Source of the DNA: Archaeoglobus fulgidus DSM 4304
Lineage (GTDB): Archaea > Halobacteriota > Archaeoglobi > Archaeoglobales > Archaeoglobaceae
DNA length: 32,000 bases
NCBI RefSeq assembly: GCF_000008665.1
Contig: NC_000917.1
Coordinates: forward strand, 1,770,001 to 1,802,000
Direction of reading: 5' to 3'
The number at the start of each line of letters is the position of its first letter. Position 1 is the stretch's first letter. The notes beneath the pieces were generated by a model that was not told where the DNA came from, searched no databases, and saw only the letters and a list, made by a program, of their open reading frames with translations. The position numbers and the translations under genes were made by a program. This document shows, piece by piece, positions 10,476-22,317 of the stretch.

Positions 10476-11270
10476 CTAACCCCTCCACGAGACTGCGAAG
10501 TATATCGACGATGCTATGGCTGCCGCAACCGCACCTGAAGGAATGCTGAAGTAGAAAGAGGTTAAAAGGCCAAAGTAAAGGCTTGAGAGGGCTAAAACGA
10601 ATGAAATGAGGAAGACTGACGAAAGATTTCTTCCCAGCAGCCTTGCAGTCGATGAGGGAGCAATGAAGATTGAAAAAACAAGAATCGCTCCGACAGCTTT
10701 CAGCGCCGTCACAACTGATATCGAGATCAGGGCGATCAGCAGGAAATCGTAAAGGTAAACGTTGATACAGGTCGCCTCCGCCCCTGAGGGGTCGAAGGAT
10801 ATGAAAATGAACTTGTGGTAAAAGAACGAGATTGCAATAAGCACGAAAGCCGTTGTGATTGCTACAATCACGAAATCGTCGAGGGTGAGGAGCAGAACAT
10901 CTCCGAAGAGAAACTGCCAAGCATTTGATGCTGAGTTTCTGGTCATTGCGATAAATATGGCCGCCAGAGCCATGGATAAGGAGAAGGCGGTTGCGATGCC
11001 AACGTTCACATCACCTCTCCTTGCGGCCTTCGCAGAGAGAACTGCAAAGAAGACTGCTGCAATCACAGCAAAAAGAAAGTAGTGAGCGCTGAAGCCAATT
11101 GAGTTCAAGAAGAGAGCGAGAGCAACTCCTGCCAGGGCAGAGTGGGCGGAGCCAGCAACGAGAAACGATGCCCTTCTGAAAACAGTAAGGGTTCCGGCTA
11201 TGGATGCGTTCAGCGAAATCAGCACTGAAGCTATTAAAGCCCTCAAAATGAGCTCATCCATGGTAATCAC
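10476..11270 (-). CDS. Metal (Zn/Mn) ABC transporter permease, ZnuB family
   Basis: LIASVLISLNASIAGTLTVFRRASFLVAGSAHSALAGVALAL...GAILVFSIFIAPSSTARLL; gene order with an ATPase and a TroA-like SBP. Confidence 0.93.
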   Translation of the reverse strand: MITMDELILRALIASVLISLNASIAGTLTVFRRASFLVAGSAHSALAGVALALFLNSIGFSAHYFLFAVIAAVFFAVLSAKAARRGDVNVGIATAFSLSMALAAIFIAMTRNSASNAWQFLFGDVLLLTLDDFVIVAITTAFVLIAISFFYHKFIFISFDPSGAEATCINVYLYDFLLIALISISVVTALKAVGAILVFSIFIAPSSTARLLGRNLSSVFLISFVLALSSLYFGLLTSFYFSIPSGAVAAAIASSIYFAVSWRG

Positions 11271-12015
11271 CGTAAAGCGGATGTGTGAAGCCCTCCTCGC
11301 AAATTACGATTGGTATGGACGTGCCGTAAGCTTTTATGATGTTCTCCTCTGAGAAAACCTCGTTTGGTTTTCCTGCCGCTATTATCCTCCTGTTGAGCAG
11401 AACAACTCTGTCAATGTTGTGGAGCAATGGATTGATGTTGTGAACCACTGCAACGACAGTTTTGCCCTTGGAACTCATCTCCGCAAGCACCTCAACTATT
11501 TTTTCCTGCGATGGCACGTCAACGCCGTTAAAGGGCTCATCGAGCAGCAGAATTTCTGGGTCGGAGATTAGAGCCCTCGCGAGCAGCACTTTCTGCTGCT
11601 GCCCGCCACTTAGCTCGCTGAAAAGCTTATCTCCAAACCCATCCAAACCGACCATTGAAAGAGCCTCTCTTAGCTTACTATCACCAACCTTTTTCCCTCT
11701 CGCCAGCAATGGCAATTTTATAACCTGAGAAACCGTCAGGGGAGCTTCAAGAAGAATCTCCTCTCTCTGAGGAAGATAGCCAACCCTGCCAACGAATTTA
11801 TCCCTCTCATCAAAGGCGTTATAACCGAGAACTTTAACAGTTCCCTTAGTGGGCTTTAAAAGTCCGAGAATAAGCCTGAGCATCGTGCTCTTTCCAGCCC
11901 CGTTGGGGCCGAGTACCGCAACAAACTCCCCCCTTCCTATACCCAGGTTCAGATCACTCAGAACCTCGCTGGAGTTGTAGGAGAAACTCACGTCGTAAAA
12001 CTCTATTACTTTCAT
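11254..12015 (-). CDS. Metal ABC transporter ATP-binding protein, ZnuC family
   Basis: VLGPNGAGKSTMLRLILGLLKP, LSGGQQQKVLLARALISDPEILLLDEPFNGVD. Confidence 0.95.
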   Translation of the reverse strand: MKVIEFYDVSFSYNSSEVLSDLNLGIGRGEFVAVLGPNGAGKSTMLRLILGLLKPTKGTVKVLGYNAFDERDKFVGRVGYLPQREEILLEAPLTVSQVIKLPLLARGKKVGDSKLREALSMVGLDGFGDKLFSELSGGQQQKVLLARALISDPEILLLDEPFNGVDVPSQEKIVEVLAEMSSKGKTVVAVVHNINPLLHNIDRVVLLNRRIIAAGKPNEVFSEENIIKAYGTSIPIVICEEGFTHPLYGDYHG

Positions 12016-12950
12016 AACCTCACCTTTATCACAGCGATGATAAGAGCCTCAACTACACAAAGGACTGAAAGAACGTATATCCAGACGCTGTCCCTGCTGC
12101 ATTCCGCGTAGCCTCCTGCATAGGCGATTCTTGCTGCGTTTGAAATGAGCATTGTGTCGTAAGCCGAATCTCCTGAAGAGAACCTAACCCATGCTATTTT
12201 CGCATTCGTACCCTTAACCAGTTCCTTCGCCATTTCCTCTCCCTTTCCACCCTTCATAAACTCCGGAACGATTATTCCCCTGTAATCTCCGCTTTCGAGC
12301 TTTTTTCTTATTTCAGCAAGCTCTCCTGCGCTTGCGCTACCCGCTCCTTCTGAAATCAGAACTGCTGCAACGCTCAAGTTATAGGTTTTAGCTATGTAGC
12401 AGACTCCGGGTACCATCGCAACGTATTTCCTTCCCGACTCCCCTTCCGAGATCCTTTTGGCCTCTTTTTCCGCCTCCTCGACTCTCTCAACGAAGACTTT
12501 AAAATTTTCTTCAAACTGCGCCTTTTTTCCGGGATACATCTCTGAGAGCTTGTCCTTAACCGCCTTTGCGATCCCTACTGCGTTTTCTGGTAGCATCCAG
12601 TAGCCGTGCGGGTTGCTTTCGAAGCCGGGAAAGTCGTAGAGCTTTGCGTTGTAATCTCTAAAATCGAGGGTGTTGGAGAACTCACTTGCTATTTTTGCCT
12701 CAAAATCCAGCAGTTTTGAGTTTGCAAGCACGATGAGGTCCGCTTTCCTCATTTTCTCAATATCCTCAACCGTTAGGCTGAAGGCGTGAGGATCGGAGCC
12801 TGGGGGGAGCAGGCTGTAAACTTCAAAGCCATCTCCAGCAACCGCCTCAACGATTGGCTTGAAATCGGGCACCGTAACGACTATTGTCGATGCCTCGGCT
12901 GTGCTGAGGAGGAGAAAAAGTGATAAAGCTGCAATAATGACGGGTCTCAC
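12012..12950 (-). CDS. Metal ABC transporter substrate-binding protein, ZnuA/TroA family, with C-terminal TM segment
   Basis: ORF open to 12980; likely GTG start at 12950 ([21 protein letters not shown] signal peptide), GTGA overlap with the upstream regulator. LLPPGSDPHAFSLTVEDIEKM; C-terminal WIYVLSVLCVVEALIIAVIKVRL. Confidence 0.92.
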   Translation of the reverse strand: MRPVIIAALSLFLLLSTAEASTIVVTVPDFKPIVEAVAGDGFEVYSLLPPGSDPHAFSLTVEDIEKMRKADLIVLANSKLLDFEAKIASEFSNTLDFRDYNAKLYDFPGFESNPHGYWMLPENAVGIAKAVKDKLSEMYPGKKAQFEENFKVFVERVEEAEKEAKRISEGESGRKYVAMVPGVCYIAKTYNLSVAAVLISEGAGSASAGELAEIRKKLESGDYRGIIVPEFMKGGKGEEMAKELVKGTNAKIAWVRFSSGDSAYDTMLISNAARIAYAGGYAECSRDSVWIYVLSVLCVVEALIIAVIKVRL

Positions 12951-13366
12951 TTTTTCACCTCCGGAATTCTCTTCCCACACGGGCAGAATTCTCTGTCACC
13001 GTACCTTGCTTCGAGGGCATCAACGAGGCTGCTGCCGGCAACCATGCCTATTTTTTCAGCCTCCTTGCAGAAGTCCTCCACGCCGAGGTCTGCGAGAAGG
13101 CACTCTATAAGCCTGTGCATCCTTACCGCTGCCCTTGCTTCCATTTTTCCCCTTTCATTCAGAACCAATCCCTTCTTCGGGACGTAAACGCCGTAGCCTG
13201 CCTTAGACAGTTCGTTCAGCATTTTCTGAGCTGTTGATTTCGACACGCCAAGCTCCTCCGCAACCTGCGTGGGACCGATTACTGCAAGACCTTTCTCAAG
13301 TGCGGTGTAAACTGTTCTGAGCACAACCTCTGTTTTTGTAACAAACTTCGTTCGCACAGCGAACAT
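12947..13366 (-). CDS. DtxR/MntR-family metal-dependent transcriptional regulator
   Basis: [68 protein letters not shown]...[11 protein letters not shown]; fused to the metal ABC operon. Confidence 0.88.
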
Positions 13367-13411
13367 ATCCAGACTCGCAATATATATTTAACGGACGCTG
13401 CAACACGGAGC

Positions 13412-14410
13412 ATGGCAAAAATTTATCGCGACGCGGATGCGGATTTGAAGTACCTTGACGGGAAGACTGTATGTATAATCGGATACGGAAGTCAGGGACA
13501 CGCCCACGCCCTGAACCTGAAGGATTCTGGGGTTAACGTGGTTGTCGGACTGCCTGAGTGGGACAAGGCAACATGGGAGAGGGCCGAGAAGGACGGGATG
13601 GTTGTTAAAAAGCTTAGCGAGGCTGCTGATGGAGCAGATGTGATAGCGATGCTCATTCCCGATATGGTCCAGCCTGCTGTGTACAGAGAGCACATTCAGG
13701 ACAAGCTGAAGGAAGGTGCGATGCTAATGTTCGCCCACGGCTTCAACATCCACTACAACCAGATTGTTCCGCCTGAGTACGTGGATGTGGCAATGGTTGC
13801 ACCCAAGGGGCCTGGGCCACTGGTAAGGAGAATGTACGTTGAAGGTAAGGGCGTGCCGTCTTTGGTTGCGGTTGAGCAAAACTACACTGGCAAGGCTCTC
13901 GAAGTCGCCCTCGCCTACGCAAAGGGAATTGGAGCGACGAGAGCAGGTGTCATAGAGACGACCTTCAAAGAGGAAACGGAAACCGACTTGTTCGGAGAGC
14001 AGGTTGACCTTTGCGGTGGAGTTGCGGAGATGATAAAGATGTCCTTCGAAACCTTGGTCGAGGCGGGCTACCAGCCCGAAATAGCCTACTTTGAGGTTCT
14101 GCACGAGCTCAAGCTCATCGTCGACCTGATTTACGAGGGCGGAATTTACAACATGTGGAGTGCTGTTAGCGAGACTGCCAAATACGGAGGAATGACGAGA
14201 GGAAAGAGAATCTTCACAGAGCAGACGAGAGAAGAGATGAGAAAGATCCTGAAGGAAATTCAGACCGGTGAATTCGCGAGAGAGTGGATTCTCGAAAACA
14301 TGGCGGGAAGACCGGTTTACAACAAACTGCTCCAGATGGAAAGGGAGCATCCGATAGAGAAAATCGGAAAAGAGCTAAGGGCTATGATGCCCTGGCTCAA
14401 AAAGGACTAA
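13412..14410 (+). CDS. ilvC: Ketol-acid reductoisomerase
   Basis: [37 protein letters not shown]...[64 protein letters not shown]. Confidence 0.98.
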
Positions 14411-15018
14411 TACACCTCTGCTTTCCCAACAAGCTCCTTTATCAAATTTTTTATAAACCTGCAGTTGTCGCTTTCCTTCAAAGCATCATTGGAAAAGATG
14501 TCTGCCGAGAAGAAGGCCATGTTTCCTTTTCTAACCCCAAAAACCACGTTTTTGCCAGTTCTGAAAGTTATGTCCCCAAGCAATACCTTCGTGTTTCTGT
14601 TCCCGTTAAGGATTACCTCGCACTCCTCATCAACCTCCATATGGTATGGATGGAGGAGCTTTATTACGTCAACACCTCTGAAGTACTCAAGCTTGCCCCT
14701 CATTGCAGAGGCGTTGAGCTCAAGGCAATCCGCGACGGGCAAGAGATTCTCCGAAAGGCGAATCGGAACGTTATTGTTCAAAACATGGAAAACCAAAATC
14801 TTGCTTTTTGCGAGCCGGGAAATAGCGGGAATTTCGGAGAACTCTACGGGTTTTAGGAAAAAAATGATTTCGTACGAGAACTCGATTCTGCTCAATTCCG
14901 CAATATCCGTCGAAATCTGCCCCGAATAGTCCACATGATAGTCATTTATCAGGCACTCCTCAAGCTCCTTGTAGCGATGCCACTCACCATCCTCGGCAAT
15001 CAGCAGTACTGATAGCAT
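14407..15018 (-). CDS. Hypothetical protein; possible DUF4350/GATase-like fold at C-terminus
   Basis: Intact 203-aa ORF, 6 nt downstream of the CARF-like regulator. The end ...[39 protein letters not shown] resembles the 'sNxxLxxxDNxxfxxNLI' tail of GATase-like domains. Confidence 0.7.
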
Positions 15019-15024
15019 GCACTA

Positions 15025-15675
15025 TCATCCGAACATGGCTACAAATGCTTTTCCAAGTTCGGTCAGGAATATGCTGAGGTTCTTCCCCTTTCTTTCGGTA
15101 ACAACAAGCCCATCTTCCTCAAGACCGTTGAGGTGGTAGCTCATTCTCGCCCTCTGTGCCATGTACTTCTTCTGCTCCTCAAGTTTCCCTTCTACGAGCT
15201 CGATTAGCTTGTTGATTGAGTCCACACTCCCGCCTTCCCTCTCAAGCGCCCTCAAAATTTCAAGTTTGTCCTCGTTGACTTTCTTTATTGGAGGGGTGGG
15301 TATTTCAATGACCGAGTCGCCTTTTTTGGTATATATTTTGCTTTCAGAAATCTGGGCGGAAATGAAACAGGCGAGGCAGGTAAGCTTGTCCGAGTCTGTG
15401 ATGTTGAAAAGCACCGTGTTTCCTGCATCAACCTCCTTTCTCACGGTCCTGAGTATGTCCACAACAGCCTCATACACGCCGTCACTTTTAAGCTCTAGAA
15501 CCTCAACTTCAACCAGGGAGCTAAGCGTTCCCTTAACCTCATCAACGTACTTCTTAGACTCCTCGCTGTCAAATATTAGGTATGCCTTATGAATCGGATG
15601 TCCACTCATTTTCACACTGTCCACAATTTCAGCGGTGTTTGATTCAACTGAAATGACATGCACGAAACTTACCAT
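15025..15675 (-). CDS. Transcriptional regulator with N-terminal CARF-like Rossmann domain and C-terminal winged HTH
   Basis: N-terminal alternating strands/helices ending in NITDSDKLTCLACFISAQI (cf. NxTGGxKxxxxAxxxAA of CARF/Csa3), C-terminal MSYHLNGLEEDGLVVTERKGKNLSIFLTELGKAF wHTH wing. Confidence 0.65.
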   Translation of the reverse strand: MVSFVHVISVESNTAEIVDSVKMSGHPIHKAYLIFDSEESKKYVDEVKGTLSSLVEVEVLELKSDGVYEAVVDILRTVRKEVDAGNTVLFNITDSDKLTCLACFISAQISESKIYTKKGDSVIEIPTPPIKKVNEDKLEILRALEREGGSVDSINKLIELVEGKLEEQKKYMAQRARMSYHLNGLEEDGLVVTERKGKNLSIFLTELGKAFVAMFG

Positions 15676-15774
15676 AGCACTAAAAAAGTTTTGTTGTTTA
15701 AAAAATTTTCTATTATAGAGCGCCAGAGTTTACGAGAGAGTCGTAAGGTCAATACTAAAAAGTAGTTGACAAAG

Positions 15775-15799
15775 CCATGCAAAGGTTCGTCCCCAATCT

Positions 15800-15814
<15 letters not shown>
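15775..15814 (-). promoter_or_regulatory. 3' arm of the 23S bulge-helix-bulge processing stem
   Basis: Minus GCCGGTCTCAG|GCAT|AGA|TTGGGGACGAACCTTTGCATGG pairs with the 5' arm at 18757-18796. Confidence 0.9.
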
Positions 15815-18756
<2,942 letters not shown>

Positions 18757-18768
<12 letters not shown>

Positions 18769-18796
18769 TTGCATTTGGGGACGAACCTCTGCACGG
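18757..18796 (-). promoter_or_regulatory. 5' arm of the 23S bulge-helix-bulge processing stem
   Basis: Minus CCGTGCAGAGGTTCGTCCCCAA|ATGC|AAT|CTGGGACCGGC: 22-bp outer stem (two G-U), 3-nt bulge, 4-bp helix, 3-nt bulge, 11-bp inner stem. Confidence 0.9.
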
Positions 18797-18863
18797 CTTC
18801 ACCTGGGCAAACTTGCCCATCAACCCTTCCCCGACGACTTTCATCGCCGGGTGCACGTAATAA

Positions 18864-18935
18864 TGGACTCGGCGGGATTTGAACCCGCGGCCTCCGCCTC
18901 GCAAAGGCGGCGCTCTCCCGCTGAGCTACGAGCCC
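18864..18935 (-). tRNA. tRNA-Ala (anticodon TGC)
   Basis: GGGCTCGTAGCTCAGCGGGAGAGCGCCGCCTTTGCGAGGCGGAGGCCGCGGGTTCAAATCCCGCCGAGTCCA, 72 nt; all four stems pair; anticodon loop TTTGCGA. No intron; no encoded CCA. Confidence 0.97.
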
Positions 18936-18937
18936 TT

Positions 18938-18967
18938 GGGCTTGTCAGCATATGAGCCCGGCAGGCG
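18938..18967 (-). promoter_or_regulatory. 3' arm of the 16S bulge-helix-bulge processing stem
   Basis: Minus CGCCTGCCGG|GCTC|ATA|TGCTGACAAGCCC. Confidence 0.9.
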
Positions 18968-18986
18968 AAGGCTGGAATGCACCTTT

Positions 18987-20478
<1,492 letters not shown>

Positions 20479-20509
20479 TGGCGGGGGCTAAAGCGGTGAA
20501 TACATCCCT

Positions 20510-20539
20510 CGCCTGCCGGTTTGCTCTGCTGACAAGCCC
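20510..20539 (-). promoter_or_regulatory. 5' arm of the 16S bulge-helix-bulge processing stem
   Basis: Minus GGGCTTGTCAGCA|GAGC|AAA|CCGGCAGGCG: 13-bp outer stem, 3-4-3 BHB, 10-bp inner stem with 18938-18967. Confidence 0.9.
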
Positions 20540-20681
20540 ACATCAGACCGCATTTTGCATGCGGTCCTCCCACAATATACCGTGGGCAGGAAGGCCTCCC
20601 CTCATCACGGGCTTACGCCCTTTCGGGGCACTTGCCGGACCCACGGTTTTCGTTCTTGGCAACACATTATTTGGTTTTTAG

Positions 20682-20690
20682 GTTTATAAG
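20682..20690 (-). promoter_or_regulatory. Putative rRNA operon TATA box
   Basis: Minus strand AAAAGCCTTATAAACC, about 200 nt upstream of the mature 16S 5' end. Confidence 0.6.
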
Positions 20691-20774
20691 GCTTTTGCTC
20701 AAGCCCTTTCCCTTATCCACCTGTATGATGTAATTAGCTCCCGCATCAATCGATATTTAAGACTTTTGGCCGAT

Positions 20775-21302
20775 TTAAAGAGACTCTTTTCGTGATTTTT
20801 TCTGTAAGATAAGCTCAAGGTACGAATCTCTGATGCTCTCATTCCTTGAGTAGCCAAGCTGCTCGGCGATGGAAAAGACCTTCTCTTTGGCATCAATGTT
20901 ATCAGCCTCCACCTCGATTTCAACAAACTTTCCAAGGCCCTCAACATCATCTAAGCAGATTATAGCTTCACACAAGCCATAAATTCTCCTGAGCTTCTTA
21001 ACTTCCGCAACAGCCCTGAAGCCGAGCTTTTCGAGGATTTGCTTAGCTGCTTCAAAATTCTCAACCTTAAGCTTAACCTCTTCCCTGCTTTTCGTCTCCA
21101 CATCAACCTTCGGACCTTTATAGGTTAAAGTTATCCCCTCCACATCCTGCCTTATCCTCAGAGCCTCATCGCTACTGGCAAAATCCCTGCACGGATGGGA
21201 GAAGTAAATGTCGTGCTCGAATTTCTCAATAATTAGTTCCGCTATTTCCTTTACCTTCTCCTCCACCCCTTCGCGGTAGGGAAACTTGGCCTCGACCTCC
21301 AT
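20775..21302 (-). CDS. CYTH-domain protein, class IV adenylate cyclase CyaB-like
   Basis: MEVEAKFPYREGVEEKVKEIAEL (ExExK), DIYFSHPCRDFASSDEALRIRQDVEGITLTYKGPKVD, EVEADNIDAKEKVFSIAEQLG. Confidence 0.9.
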   Translation of the reverse strand: MEVEAKFPYREGVEEKVKEIAELIIEKFEHDIYFSHPCRDFASSDEALRIRQDVEGITLTYKGPKVDVETKSREEVKLKVENFEAAKQILEKLGFRAVAEVKKLRRIYGLCEAIICLDDVEGLGKFVEIEVEADNIDAKEKVFSIAEQLGYSRNESIRDSYLELILQKKSRKESL

Positions 21303-21349
21303 CTCAATCTTTTTATATCCGCCCCTTGGGGCTTAAAAAGGTGGTGTTA

Positions 21350-22111
21350 ATGATATCGGATGGTGACTTTATCAGGCTCAGCTACACAGCAAAGCTGGAG
21401 GATGGAACGATTGTAGATACCACTGACGAGGAGGTGGCAAAGGAGCACGGGATATACAACGAAAATGCGAGGTACGGGGATATATACATCGTGGTGGGCA
21501 AAGGTCACGTTCTGCCCGGACTTGAGGAGGACATAAAGGGCAAAGATGTGGGATACAAGGGCACAGTCGAGATTCCACCTGAGAAGGCCTTTGGCGAGTA
21601 CAACCCCGATTTGAAGGACACCTTCAGCGTCAACAGGTTCAAGGAGAGACCCGAAATCGGGCAGAGAGTGAGAATTGGCGACAGAATCGGAACGGTTGAG
21701 AGGATAGTTGGAAGGAGAGTCATCGTTGACTTCAACCACCCCTTGGCTGGCAAAAAAATCATCTTCGACTACGAAATCAAGGAGAAGCTTGAGAAGCCAG
21801 AGGATAAAATCAAGGCTCTCTTTGTAATTCACACGGGCATTGACGTGAAGGACGTTAAGATTGAAGACGGCAAGGCAATCGTTGAGGTTTCGAGCGACGT
21901 CTACCTGAATCAGGTCTTTCTCATCGGCAGATACAGGGCTGTGAAGGATATCTTTGAAAATACAGAGGTAAAGGAAATTGAAATCGTGGAGAGGTTCGAG
22001 AGGGAGCAGGAGCTTCTGAAGCTTGGAGAGGAAATAAAGGCTGAAGAGGAAGCTGAGAAGGAAGGAGAGAGTGGCGAGGAGGAAGAGCAGACTGAAGAAA
22101 AAGAGGAGTGA
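21350..22111 (+). CDS. FKBP-type peptidyl-prolyl cis-trans isomerase, long archaeal type
   Basis: ATG at 21350: MISDGDFIRLSYTAKLEDGTIVDTTDEE...VGKGHVLPGLEEDIKGKDVGYKGTVEIPPEKAFGEYNPDL; IF-domain insertion and Glu-rich C-terminal tail. Confidence 0.93.
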   Translation: MISDGDFIRLSYTAKLEDGTIVDTTDEEVAKEHGIYNENARYGDIYIVVGKGHVLPGLEEDIKGKDVGYKGTVEIPPEKAFGEYNPDLKDTFSVNRFKERPEIGQRVRIGDRIGTVERIVGRRVIVDFNHPLAGKKIIFDYEIKEKLEKPEDKIKALFVIHTGIDVKDVKIEDGKAIVEVSSDVYLNQVFLIGRYRAVKDIFENTEVKEIEIVERFEREQELLKLGEEIKAEEEAEKEGESGEEEEQTEEKEE

Positions 22112-22176
22112 ATTTTCATAAAAATTTTTTATTGGTATATAGTGGCTTCGATTAGTATTTTATAGTTCAAGTTTAC

Positions 22177-22190
22177 ATAACTATAGTTAT
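22177..22190. promoter_or_regulatory. 14-bp perfect palindrome ATAACTATAGTTAT in the leader of the exported-protein cassette
   Basis: Read directly; AT-rich, overlaps possible TATA-like sequence. Confidence 0.5.
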
Positions 22191-22191
22191 A

Positions 22192-22226
22192 ACAAGAAGC
22201 CTTTCTCTCCAAGATTGGTTTCTTGT
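22192..22226 (+). other. Potential RNA hairpin in the cassette leader
   Basis: ACAAGAAGCC (22192-22201) pairs with GGTTTCTTGT (22217-22226), 10 bp with one G-U, 15-nt loop. Confidence 0.4.
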
Positions 22227-22317
22227 TTGGATGAGAGTGGTAGATTGAAGCTTGAATTATGCAAATTGGAACGAATCTGGAAGATTTTGCCGTCTTCCAG
22301 CGGAATAAAATTTAGAG

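Noticed and set aside
13388-14856. Antisense ORFs 13388..13693 and 13724..14350, and plus ORFs 14284..14856 and 14465..14929
   Set aside because: Shadows of ilvC and of the 14407..15018 minus-strand gene.
14407-15675. Possible CRISPR-Cas locus suggested by the Csa3-like architecture
   Set aside because: No direct-repeat/spacer array and no cas nuclease or effector genes were seen anywhere in the window.
18864-18935. Possible intron in tRNA-Ala
   Set aside because: The 72-nt sequence folds as a complete cloverleaf with a 7-nt anticodon loop, leaving no room for an intron.
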